Shown here: positions 54,219-63,630 of the stretch, one piece after another
Numbering within the stretch: the stretch's first letter is position 1
Layout of the letters: every line of letters starts with the position of its first letter
Virus record (IMG/VR): IMGVR_UViG_3300025168_000063
Span: 11,536-75,535 of that record
Origin: a virus
Strand: one strand, 5' to 3'
Length of the DNA: 64,000 nucleotides
Notes under the pieces: model-generated
Told to the model about the DNA's origin: nothing
What the model saw: the letters and a program-made list of their open reading frames with translations, nothing else
The model's database searches: none
Position numbers and translations under genes: made by a program

Positions 54219-56888
54219 ATGGCAGATTTTACGGGCCAAAATATTCAGGATACATATCAAAGAGTAATCCAGATTGACGGTGGTCGGCTGGAAGATGGTT
54301 TAGGTAATCCATTACCAATATCTATGTCTGGCAATGATGTTGTGATTGACGGAACACTTCGAGCTCAATCTTACATTGTAACTGAAAGCATAACCGTACA
54401 AACAACTGGATCCACTATATTCGGTAATTCACCAGATGATACTCATGAATTTACAGGAAGTCTTTTTGTATCAGGTAATATTACATTCCCTACAGTAACA
54501 AACACATTAAACGGACTATATTTTCAGGACACATCAACAAAAATAGTAGGTGATACCAATTATATACTAATTGATGGTGATAATCAAGTCAGTATTTTAG
54601 CAGATAATAATATTTTTATGACTGCAGGAAATGCTGTCGAAATTCAGTCTGGTGACTTTAAGGTAACTGATGGGGATATAAGTGCAAGTGGTGATATAAT
54701 TGGATCTAGATTCATAGGAGATGCGCAAGTATTAGTTCTTCCTAATGGGACTGACAGTGCAACATTTTCAAATAATAATATAACTTCTACACTAATTAAA
54801 GCTGGAAATGATATACGATTAGGAAATAATACAGCTGTTGAAGGTCATATAACAGCATCGGGTAACATAAGTGGAAGTGCAGTAGGAACGGTATCAGCAG
54901 GTTCAGGTTCATTTCATCATCTAAAAGGAGATACTACACAAGCAACGGGTCTTTTTGTACAAGGAACAATAACTGCCTCAGGTGATATAAGTTCAAGTGG
55001 TAATGTTTTAGCAGACCTTGCATTTGCAAATAGAGTTTATATTGGACCACATGATGAATCAGCAAGACTAACATTTGATGATACTAGCGTAGTAAATAAT
55101 ATGGGTCTTCATAATCAAGGCCACATAACAGCCTCAGGTAATATAAGTTCAAGTGGAGACGTATATGCAGAATCTATAATACTTCCATTTGGCCAAGCTA
55201 TAAATTGGGGAGGTCATGATGGAAATCATATTAGTGTAGATAGTGGTACTGGTAATATTATATTTGATACTTTACCTGTTCAAATGGGTAATGGATTAAA
55301 TGTTACCGGAACAAACGGTCACATAACAGCCTCAGGTAATATAAGTTCAAGTGGAACGGGTTCGTTTGAGGTGATAAATATAGCAAGTACTGCAAATTCA
55401 AATGGTAGTACATCTCCAGCAGCTTTAAAAGTTGTAGGTGGTGTATCAGTAGGTGAAAAAATTAACACCAAGCATTTAGTGGTGGAACAAGATTTTGCTG
55501 TTGGAAATAATGCAATACTTGGAAACGCAAGCAATGACCAAATTCTGATATATGGAACGGTAGGAACAGACATAAACTCCACTGCTAATATAATTTTATC
55601 AGGCCATATAACAGCCTCAGGTAATATAAGATCGGGAGGTAATTTAGAACTCACCGCATCAGCAGCCGGCCATATAACAGCCTCAGGTAATATAAGTGCA
55701 AGTGGAACTATAATTGGAAACGGAATATATACAGATGATATCCATGCAGTAGGAGGATCAATAACATTAAATAGTACAACATATACTAATAATTTAACAG
55801 TCCAATCTGGAACTACTTTTAGAGCTCTTGGAAATGTTGAATTAGGAAATGCATTAGGTGATACAATTGAAATAGATGGACATATAACAGCTTCAGGTAA
55901 TATAAAATTAGATGGATTCTTAACAGGTTCAAATGGAATTGTTGAAGTTAGAGGTAATATAAGTGCAAGTGGGACAATTACTGCAGATCAAATGACTTAT
56001 GGCTCACCAGGTTCTGGGCATGTTACTCTTGGAGCTTCTGATGGAGATATCCTTGGATATGAAACTGACAGTTCAACAAATAAAGCATTTATGTTATCCA
56101 ACCACTCAGCCGGTGGTAAATTATCTTTATATACAGGTAATACATTACATAATTTTTTAACCTATACTGGAGATAGTTATGTTAATGGTACTAACAATGC
56201 TAATGGATTTGTAGTAGGAGGAACTAGTACTGATAATAAATTTGAGGTAGTAGGAACAACGAAATTAGGTGGACACGTAACAGCCTCAGGTAATATACTA
56301 GCTAGTGGACATATATCTGCAAGTAGCCTTATATCAGAAACACATATAACAGCCTCAGGTAATATAAGCGCAAGTGGAACTATATATTCAAAAACTCCAA
56401 AATACTTTGCAGTAGGAGGTTGGTTGAAATCAACAGATGCTGCTAATTATTATGGACCACATAAACAAGGAACAAACAATTCTACTTGGAACAAATCATA
56501 CGGAACAGATCCATCAGGTACTATATCAAGGCTTTTCTATAATTCAGGAATTATTGTTCCAGAAGATATAGTAGTTACAGGTTTTAAAGCTACGTTTATA
56601 CCAAACGGAATAGCTAATTCAGAATATTATACAGCTTCTTTATACGTTGGACAGGAGGCCTTAAACAATCAGGTAAATAATCCATCCTTAGTATTCATAC
56701 AATCTGAAAGCGTAGTTGGTCCTGCAAACGCTGGTAATGCTAATTATATGGGAACAATGGTTGAGAATTATGATTCACAAGAATATCATGTTAGTGCTAG
56801 TTCAATAATATATCCTAGATTTAAGTGGAGCGATACAAGCGAACAATTTGTTAATTTAATTGTACAATACTATAGGATAGAAAGATAA
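54219..56888 (+). CDS. Fibre protein with GHITASGNISxSG repeats
   Basis: About 10 repeat copies; the FGNSPDDTHEFTGS motif is shared with the 36757 ORF. Confidence 0.75.
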   Translation: MADFTGQNIQDTYQRVIQIDGGRLEDGLGNPLPISMSGNDVVIDGTLRAQSYIVTESITVQTTGSTIFGNSPDDTHEFTGSLFVSGNITFPTVTNTLNGLYFQDTSTKIVGDTNYILIDGDNQVSILADNNIFMTAGNAVEIQSGDFKVTDGDISASGDIIGSRFIGDAQVLVLPNGTDSATFSNNNITSTLIKAGNDIRLGNNTAVEGHITASGNISGSAVGTVSAGSGSFHHLKGDTTQATGLFVQGTITASGDISSSGNVLADLAFANRVYIGPHDESARLTFDDTSVVNNMGLHNQGHITASGNISSSGDVYAESIILPFGQAINWGGHDGNHISVDSGTGNIIFDTLPVQMGNGLNVTGTNGHITASGNISSSGTGSFEVINIASTANSNGSTSPAALKVVGGVSVGEKINTKHLVVEQDFAVGNNAILGNASNDQILIYGTVGTDINSTANIILSGHITASGNIRSGGNLELTASAAGHITASGNISASGTIIGNGIYTDDIHAVGGSITLNSTTYTNNLTVQSGTTFRALGNVELGNALGDTIEIDGHITASGNIKLDGFLTGSNGIVEVRGNISASGTITADQMTYGSPGSGHVTLGASDGDILGYETDSSTNKAFMLSNHSAGGKLSLYTGNTLHNFLTYTGDSYVNGTNNANGFVVGGTSTDNKFEVVGTTKLGGHVTASGNILASGHISASSLISETHITASGNISASGTIYSKTPKYFAVGGWLKSTDAANYYGPHKQGTNNSTWNKSYGTDPSGTISRLFYNSGIIVPEDIVVTGFKATFIPNGIANSEYYTASLYVGQEALNNQVNNPSLVFIQSESVVGPANAGNANYMGTMVENYDSQEYHVSASSIIYPRFKWSDTSEQFVNLIVQYYRIER
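54843..56380 (+). repeat. Dispersed in-frame direct repeats, core CAYATAACAGCCTCAGGTAATATAAG
   Basis: Copies near 54843, 54963, 55119, 55317, 55602, 55668, 55878, 56271 and 56343. A 36-nt identical pair lies at 55122-55157/55320-55355 and a 29-nt identical pair at 55602-55630/55668-55696. Confidence 0.9.
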
Positions 56889-56892
56889 AATT

Positions 56893-57363
56893 ATGGCAAG
56901 AGCAAACAAAAAGAAATTCACAGACATAGCAAACGAATCCGATTCTAAATATGATAAGGTTAAATTGCAGGTTGCTGCAATAACAGAAACATTTTTAGAA
57001 GATGATGATGGACCCGGTCATAACGAAGAGGCATTAGTATATTTAAAACTAAAACTAGAAGATGTAGTAGACGATATAAATGTTTTAGCAACAGATGTTG
57101 TTGAAGCAAATACAGCCAAGACAGGAATTACCTCTACTCAAGCAAGTCGTATAACTGCAAACCATGCAAAGGTTGGAATATCAACATCACAAGCTTCAGC
57201 AATAACTGCTAACACAGCTAAGGTTGGTACTGAAACAGATTTATCTATTACTGAAGGAATGATACTTAAAGCAACAGTAGCAGAAAGTAGAGGTACATAT
57301 ACACTAACGTTTACTGTAACTCATGGTAAAGTAATAAAAACAGCAAACATAACAATGAGTTAA
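56893..57363 (+). CDS. Short fibre-like protein with ITANTAKxG repeats
   Basis: EANTAKTG-ITSTQASR-ITANHAKVG-ISTSQASA-ITANTAKVG, a 17-aa periodicity. Confidence 0.65.
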   Translation: MARANKKKFTDIANESDSKYDKVKLQVAAITETFLEDDDGPGHNEEALVYLKLKLEDVVDDINVLATDVVEANTAKTGITSTQASRITANHAKVGISTSQASAITANTAKVGTETDLSITEGMILKATVAESRGTYTLTFTVTHGKVIKTANITMS

Positions 57364-57371
57364 TATAATAT

Positions 57372-57911
57372 ATGGCAACTACAATATCATTACCAACACA
57401 GATAACTGGAGGCCCTGCAAGTTTTAATGGAAGTAATATGTTTGCTGATAATGGCCTTAACACTTCAGGCCTGTGGCAAAGCGGAACTACTGACGTTACT
57501 ATAAGAGGATTTAATCAACTAACAGTTCCAACTGGAGCAACTATTAATGGAATAGAAGTAGTTGTCAACGGTCAAGGTAATACTGGAGCTGGTGCACCAA
57601 GTATGAGAGTTTACAATGGAGATGGTTGGAGCAATAGTCTAGAGTTCCAAGGCATCTTTGGCAAGGGCAACGCAGAGTATGATCCAGGTTGGGGTTCAAG
57701 CAGTAACTTATGGGGACTGGAATGGACTACATCAGCTGCACAAGAAATTCAAATACAAGTAGATAATAGTAGTATACAACCAACTGGTACACAAATGTAT
57801 TGGGATTGGGTAAGGGTTAGAATAACATTTACACCTGGAGAATTCTCCAATGGAACAATATCACTAATAATGGGAAAAGTATCACTAACGGAAGGGGCTA
57901 TTACAATATAA
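57372..57911 (+). CDS. Virion protein (beta-sandwich, possible sugar binding)
   Basis: VPTGATINGIEV...GSSSNLWG..W...DWVRVRITF. Confidence 0.55.
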   Translation: MATTISLPTQITGGPASFNGSNMFADNGLNTSGLWQSGTTDVTIRGFNQLTVPTGATINGIEVVVNGQGNTGAGAPSMRVYNGDGWSNSLEFQGIFGKGNAEYDPGWGSSSNLWGLEWTTSAAQEIQIQVDNSSIQPTGTQMYWDWVRVRITFTPGEFSNGTISLIMGKVSLTEGAITI

Positions 57912-57937
57912 CCTAATATTTATTAGAGGAAAAGACT

Positions 57938-58237
57938 ATGCCAGGAATACACGACATAAATGATGATGCATTTGAATCAGTAAATACTGGATCACATCCA
58001 ATGAGCTTTCAATGGTGGCATGAAATCGCAGAAGCATCTGATCGAGATAAGACGATGGTTAAGTCTGGAAGATATATAAATTATGTATTATGGAAAAGTG
58101 TATCTATTGATAAACAAATTGTTCAACAATTCCATTACAAACAAGTTAATAACAGAACGGTAGAATATAGTAGTTCATTATACTCACACGATTATAATGA
58201 TAACATTCCAACGTATACATTTAGTTTGATAGAATAG
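57938..58237 (+). CDS. Hypothetical late protein
   Basis: ATATTTAT at 57916 and SD GAGGA. Confidence 0.65.
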   Translation: MPGIHDINDDAFESVNTGSHPMSFQWWHEIAEASDRDKTMVKSGRYINYVLWKSVSIDKQIVQQFHYKQVNNRTVEYSSSLYSHDYNDNIPTYTFSLIE

Positions 58238-58239
58238 AA

Positions 58240-59856
58240 ATGGCAGTATTATATTTAGATCATAGAGCTACTGGTAATGATGATGGAACATCAGTAACTA
58301 ATGCATTTCCAACATGGGCTATTGCAAAAGGTGAAGTATCTGCAGGAGATGTTGTATACATAGCTCCTGGATCTTACCATGAAAAGGTCACATTAGCTGT
58401 AGATGGAACAGCAGCTGCCAAGATCAAATGGATAGGAGACGTAAATTCAGAGATATTCACATTAGTCACTCCTGGGATTGTAATGTTAACGCAAGCAGAT
58501 ACAGCTGGAGTACTAGAACCTGCTACTGATAGTGGTCCTACATTAAATCTGAACGGGATAGATTTTCAAGAATTCTATAATATTACGTTTGTTGGACCAA
58601 GCTGTGCAGATACATCTGAGACTGGAGATGGTACCGCAGTATATTACTCAACAGCTGAAGGTGCATATTTTAAAAACTGTCACTTCCAATCAGGATATGC
58701 AGGAGTTGCATACGTTAAAGATGGAACATTCGTAGATTGTTTATTTACTGGATGTTATGTCGGCCTATCTGGAGTTGGATCATCTAACAGACCCACAGCA
58801 GTGAATTGCGTCGCTGTATGTGGTTCGGCTGGCTTTTTACTATGCGCTGTATATAATTCATTAGTAATAGCAGGCAAGAAAGGATTTAATAATTCCCACG
58901 CATGGAATTGTGCTATGGCTGGAGGTGAGTATGGGTACTATACAACAGCTAACAATTCGGAAGCGACAAATTGCATCAGTTGGGCCAACTATTTTCCATT
59001 TGGGGCTAGTGCAACTAACAAGCTAAATCTAAAAGGAGCGTTTTCATACGGAGCATCCTACCGAACATTCACAAAGACGTCGGGTTCGGGACATTATATG
59101 AATCAAGGACAAGACGCAATAACACATAACGCTCACGCAGATTTTGTAGCACATCCGGCAACATTTGTAATCCCAGACTATACAAAATTTATGTCATTAA
59201 GAGATGTATTTATTCCATCCCACGGTAAAGGTATGGTAGTATCAGCTAGTACACCAATAATACAAGACCCCCGATATGGTCCAACCGGTTGGACTCCATT
59301 CACATCAGCATCGGATCTGGACGGTAATATCATAAATCAACTAGATCATCCATATGAGCCATTCTACAGTCGTGATCATAGAGGATCAGAACGAGTTATA
59401 TCCTCAACCGGATTTCCATCACCTCCAGGTCTCCATGCCACTGTTCCTTTACAAGCTATTGGACTGGTAGACGCGACGAGTTCAGCTGCAGCAACTGGAA
59501 TGGTATCCCAAAGTGCACCCGCCATTGTACATCGAGGAAGAGGTGAGTCGGTATTTGAACTCCCTATACCAAGTGGATCATATTTTACAGCAAGTGTAAA
59601 TATGAAACACACAGGATCGACGCAGGTATCACTTGCAAGAATGGTAGTAAGTAGTTCAAGAATAAATCAATCATCTGGGTCAATATTTGGCCGATTTGCA
59701 ACAGCATCTGCACAACATAATAATAATTTTGCATTCACTAATGTAGAATTACGAATAGACTCAGTAGGATATGATACAACCTATGTATTAAAACTACAAG
59801 CACCGTCGACAGGGTCATATGCCACTGCAAGTTTCAGTGATTTAACAATAAGTTAA
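58240..59856 (+). CDS. Pectin-lyase-like right-handed beta-helix protein (putative depolymerase/tailspike)
   Basis: GNDDGTSVTNAFPT...AGDVVYIAPGSYHE...GTAAAKI N-cap motif followed by NC-type ladder repeats. Confidence 0.7.
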   Translation: MAVLYLDHRATGNDDGTSVTNAFPTWAIAKGEVSAGDVVYIAPGSYHEKVTLAVDGTAAAKIKWIGDVNSEIFTLVTPGIVMLTQADTAGVLEPATDSGPTLNLNGIDFQEFYNITFVGPSCADTSETGDGTAVYYSTAEGAYFKNCHFQSGYAGVAYVKDGTFVDCLFTGCYVGLSGVGSSNRPTAVNCVAVCGSAGFLLCAVYNSLVIAGKKGFNNSHAWNCAMAGGEYGYYTTANNSEATNCISWANYFPFGASATNKLNLKGAFSYGASYRTFTKTSGSGHYMNQGQDAITHNAHADFVAHPATFVIPDYTKFMSLRDVFIPSHGKGMVVSASTPIIQDPRYGPTGWTPFTSASDLDGNIINQLDHPYEPFYSRDHRGSERVISSTGFPSPPGLHATVPLQAIGLVDATSSAAATGMVSQSAPAIVHRGRGESVFELPIPSGSYFTASVNMKHTGSTQVSLARMVVSSSRINQSSGSIFGRFATASAQHNNNFAFTNVELRIDSVGYDTTYVLKLQAPSTGSYATASFSDLTIS

Positions 59857-59869
59857 CTATTTATATAAG

Positions 59870-60571
59870 ATGATAAAACTAACAGACATATTAAACGAAG
59901 GAGTATACGACCCAGGTATATTTAAGGCAGTGTTTACTGCTGGAGGACCGGGTTCAGGCAAATCTTATGCGGCATCAACGCTATTCGGCATGCCAGAAAA
60001 AATGCCATTCGTATCAGCTCAAGGACTAAAAGGTGTAAACTCAGATTCAGCATTTGAAACGTATATGGACAAAGCAAAAATGACAACTAATTTGCAAAAA
60101 TTAACTGGTAGTGAATTTAAAAAAGCTATGGAATTGAGAGATAAAGCAAAACGAGTTACTGTAAACAGAATGAATGATTTTATCAATGGGAAGTTGGGGA
60201 TGCTAATTGATGGTACGGGTAAAAACTATCCTAAAATTGAAAAAATGGTATCTGCACTTCAAAAGGAAGGATATGATTGCTACATGGTATTTGTAAATAC
60301 TGATCTAGACGTAGCATTAGAAAGAAACAAAAAAAGAGAACGTACACTTCCAGAAAAATTAGTAAAAGATTCATGGCAAGCAGTACAAAACAATATGGGT
60401 AAATTTCAATCACTGTTTGGAAGTAGTAATATGTTAGTTGTGGACAACTCAGAAAAGAAAAAATTTCCAGATGTAGTTAAGAAAGGTGCAAATAAATTTG
60501 TTAGAAGACCAGTAAAGAATCATATTGCCAAGAATTGGATCAAGAAAGAATTAGAGTTAAGGAAATCATGA
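59870..60571 (+). CDS. Zeta-toxin-like/AAA_33 P-loop kinase
   Basis: AGGPGSGKS, VNSD, LIDGTG and lid ALERNKKRER. Confidence 0.82.
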   Translation: MIKLTDILNEGVYDPGIFKAVFTAGGPGSGKSYAASTLFGMPEKMPFVSAQGLKGVNSDSAFETYMDKAKMTTNLQKLTGSEFKKAMELRDKAKRVTVNRMNDFINGKLGMLIDGTGKNYPKIEKMVSALQKEGYDCYMVFVNTDLDVALERNKKRERTLPEKLVKDSWQAVQNNMGKFQSLFGSSNMLVVDNSEKKKFPDVVKKGANKFVRRPVKNHIAKNWIKKELELRKS

Positions 60572-62916
60572 GTTTAGGTAAGTATTTAGCAGATCAACTT
60601 CTCAAAGAAGAGACAACCATCAAAACGATAGTGGCAATCTATCCAGGTAGATTTCAACCGATGGGTAAACACCATGCGGAAACTTATAAATGGCTACAAT
60701 CCAAATTTAAAGATGCTTACGTTGCAACAAGTGATAAAGTTTCATTACCTAAATCACCATTCAACTTTGCTGAAAAAAAGAAAATAGTAAACTCGTATGG
60801 GATATCAAAAGTAGTAAAGGTAAAGAATCCATATAAGGCAGAAGAGATTCTGAAAAAGTATGATCCAGAAACAACAGCAGCTGTATTTGTATTTGGTAAG
60901 AAGGATGCAGGAAGACTTTCGAGTGGTAAGTTTTTTCAAGACTGGAAAGGTAACGCAGAAGTAGGATATAGAGATGGAGCTTATATATTGGTTGCACCTC
61001 ACGTTAGTATGAATGTACCAGGGTATGGAGAGATGAGCGGTACTGCGATTAGAAAAGCATTAGGTGATGTAGACTTGGATCCAAAAGCTAAGAAAAAAGT
61101 ATTCAAGGGTATATTTGGACATACTAAATTATATAACATGATTATAAAGAAACTAGAATCGTTAAATGAAGTAATGGAAAAATTCTGTACAGAGTTTAAC
61201 ATAACTAAATTTATTACCGAGTCTACGAGCACTGGAACGGGTGTAGACGATGGACCAAGATACTTTAGATCAAGCATGAAGGGATATAAATCGGATACGA
61301 AAAAACAAGCCAATAGATTAGGATGGTCAGTAGTTGATTATATAGTAGGTGGATTGGAAAAATTAGAAAATCATGCAACTGACTACCCAAGACGTGTACA
61401 TAGTACAACAGGAGCTCCAGTTGGACCGGTTTCATTTGCACCTGCAGGAATAGCTGAACCTACTGATAGGCTAGATCGTACAGATTTCAGAGGAACCCAA
61501 TCATATACTCAATGGAAACAACATATAGAGAAAATTGTAAACACTCTAGGATGGAAGTTTGTGGATTGGAGTGGTCAAGATAAGAAAAGCATTGTCAATA
61601 CTACTAAGAATGAGCCTAAAAAGACGGAACGAACTCCAGATGGAAAAGCTGGATATGGTAGTGCGATGAAAGACCAAACAAAACGTGGTAGAGAAGCTAA
61701 AAAGCTATCGGAAGGTCTTATATTAGAAGGAGGAGCCTATGGACATATGTCTCACCCATTCGATGATAGAGGATTAACTTTTGGAGACTTTAAAGAAATT
61801 GTTAAAATATCACTGCAAGGTAATTTAGATCTAGAACAAGGAGCGACTGAAAAGACTGACGGTCAAAACTTATTCATAACATGGGATGGTAAGTTGAAGG
61901 CTGCAAGAAATGGAGGAGATCTTAAAAAAGGTGGGATGGACGCAAAAGCAGTAGCATCTAAGTTTGCTGGTAGAGGTAATATTGAAAAAGCTTTCACCTA
62001 TGCAATGAAAGATTTGTCTAAAGCCATTGGTAGTTTAAATGATAAGCAAAAAGAAAAAATATTTGATAGTGGAAACAATTGGGTAAATATGGAAATTATG
62101 TATCCAGCATCTCAAAATGTTATTATGTATGATGCACCATATCTACAATTCCATAACGTCTTGCAGTATAAGAATGGAACAGCAATAGGAGCAGTATCTG
62201 ATGGAGCAAGAACTCTTGCAGGTATGATTCGACAAGTCAATCAAAATGTACAAAAGAATTTTAGTGTAATAGGACCAAAAATATTAAAAGTTAAACCACA
62301 TCAAGACTTTTCCCAAAAACAATCATACTTTATAAGCAAGTTAACTAAGTTAATGAAGCCATATAATATGAAAGATACCTCAACTTTTGCAGAATACCAT
62401 CAAGCTTGGTGGGAACAATATGTGATTAAAAATCTAGGCGATCTAAGCAATGAAGTAAAATGGCCACTGATTCGCAGATGGGCATTTTCAGAGAAATCGT
62501 TTAGGTTAAATGCAAAAAGTATTCCATATCCAGATATTCTTGAAAAAGCTAAACAGATTGATAAGCAAAAACATCAAGCACAAGTAAAAAAGAATATGTT
62601 ACCGTTTGAAAAATTATTTTTTGAACTAGGCGCAGAAGTGTTAAAGAATGTTGAAAGCTTTTTAGCAGCTAATCCAGATAAAGCAGTTCAAAATATTAGA
62701 AAGCAAGTAGCTGCAGCTGTTAAGCATGTGCGTAAAGGAGGTGATCTAAAAAACATTAACAAGTTAAAAGCTCAATTGGAAAAAATTCAAGGTATTGGTG
62801 GGTTCAAAACAATAGTACCTTCAGAAGGACTAGTATTTATATACAAAGGAAAGACATACAAGCTTACTGGAGCTTTTGCTCCAGTCAATCAAATCACTGG
62901 AATGTTATACTTTTAG
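60568..62916 (+). CDS. Fusion of HIGH-family (cytidylyltransferase-like) nucleotidyltransferase with a C-terminal ligase-like (KxDG) domain
   Basis: YPGRFQPMGKHH, FGKKD and MSGTAIR; then GHMSHPFD, TEKTDGQN, SEGLVF and YKLTG. The ATGA overlap at 60568 is the preferred start. Confidence 0.75.
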   Translation: MSLGKYLADQLLKEETTIKTIVAIYPGRFQPMGKHHAETYKWLQSKFKDAYVATSDKVSLPKSPFNFAEKKKIVNSYGISKVVKVKNPYKAEEILKKYDPETTAAVFVFGKKDAGRLSSGKFFQDWKGNAEVGYRDGAYILVAPHVSMNVPGYGEMSGTAIRKALGDVDLDPKAKKKVFKGIFGHTKLYNMIIKKLESLNEVMEKFCTEFNITKFITESTSTGTGVDDGPRYFRSSMKGYKSDTKKQANRLGWSVVDYIVGGLEKLENHATDYPRRVHSTTGAPVGPVSFAPAGIAEPTDRLDRTDFRGTQSYTQWKQHIEKIVNTLGWKFVDWSGQDKKSIVNTTKNEPKKTERTPDGKAGYGSAMKDQTKRGREAKKLSEGLILEGGAYGHMSHPFDDRGLTFGDFKEIVKISLQGNLDLEQGATEKTDGQNLFITWDGKLKAARNGGDLKKGGMDAKAVASKFAGRGNIEKAFTYAMKDLSKAIGSLNDKQKEKIFDSGNNWVNMEIMYPASQNVIMYDAPYLQFHNVLQYKNGTAIGAVSDGARTLAGMIRQVNQNVQKNFSVIGPKILKVKPHQDFSQKQSYFISKLTKLMKPYNMKDTSTFAEYHQAWWEQYVIKNLGDLSNEVKWPLIRRWAFSEKSFRLNAKSIPYPDILEKAKQIDKQKHQAQVKKNMLPFEKLFFELGAEVLKNVESFLAANPDKAVQNIRKQVAAAVKHVRKGGDLKNINKLKAQLEKIQGIGGFKTIVPSEGLVFIYKGKTYKLTGAFAPVNQITGMLYF

Positions 62917-62936
62917 ATATTTATATAGAGGATAAA

Positions 62937-63620
62937 ATGAAAGCAAATTCAGATATAAAATTAGATGCAATGCTCAAGAAAATATCAGAAGCTACCGTAA
63001 CTGGTACTGGTGGTAGTGGAACTGGTATCTTAACGGGAGATGCTTGGCCTGATGGTATATATGTAAAAGCAGGTAGAAAGAAAGTAATATCACCTTCTGG
63101 ATTGATGAGAGGGATGACTCAGATGGATTTCCCACTAGCAGATGCAATATATGATAACGATGAAGAATATGCTGGTGAACTTAGAGATGATACTCCTCCA
63201 TTAAGTCCAATCCAACGAACTTGGAGAGGTACTGGTCCAAACGAATATCAAATTCCACCTGAAAGTTTGAATGGAACTCATTTGGCAACTGGTAAAGAAG
63301 ACGGTTGGTGGTGGGCAGGACATATTTCTCCAGATAGCGCACCAGAACAAGGAACTCCAGAAAAGTCAGGAAGGGATGGTGATAAGTTTACTTCAGATTA
63401 TTTAAGGGTACAAGATAAAAATACGTCTATCCATAAATTGGATAAGAAGAAAAGATATCATTCTGGCACTACCGTAAAATCGCAAGCACCAGTTAAAAAA
63501 TATACAGATAGAACTAATTTCAATAAATCTAAATTAAAAAACCAACCGAAAGATTGGTGGAATTTAGGAGGAAAGGGTAAAATGCAGGATGGTATGATAA
63601 AATTAAAAGATTTAATATAA
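62937..63620 (+). CDS. Hypothetical late protein
   Basis: ATATTTAT at 62917 and SD GAGGA; ends MIKLKDLI. Confidence 0.65.
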   Translation: MKANSDIKLDAMLKKISEATVTGTGGSGTGILTGDAWPDGIYVKAGRKKVISPSGLMRGMTQMDFPLADAIYDNDEEYAGELRDDTPPLSPIQRTWRGTGPNEYQIPPESLNGTHLATGKEDGWWWAGHISPDSAPEQGTPEKSGRDGDKFTSDYLRVQDKNTSIHKLDKKKRYHSGTTVKSQAPVKKYTDRTNFNKSKLKNQPKDWWNLGGKGKMQDGMIKLKDLI

Positions 63621-63630
63621 TAGGAGAACA

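Noticed and set aside
54843-56380. True CRISPR array
   Set aside because: The repeats are in frame within an 889-aa ORF, spacers vary widely in length, and no cas genes or leader are present.
33276-59856. Diversity-generating retroelement acting on fibre genes
   Set aside because: No reverse transcriptase, and I saw no TR/VR pair with adenine-specific mismatches in this window.
59870-60571. Epsilon-zeta toxin-antitoxin module
   Set aside because: No antitoxin-like upstream gene; it is coupled to an NTase gene in a late context.
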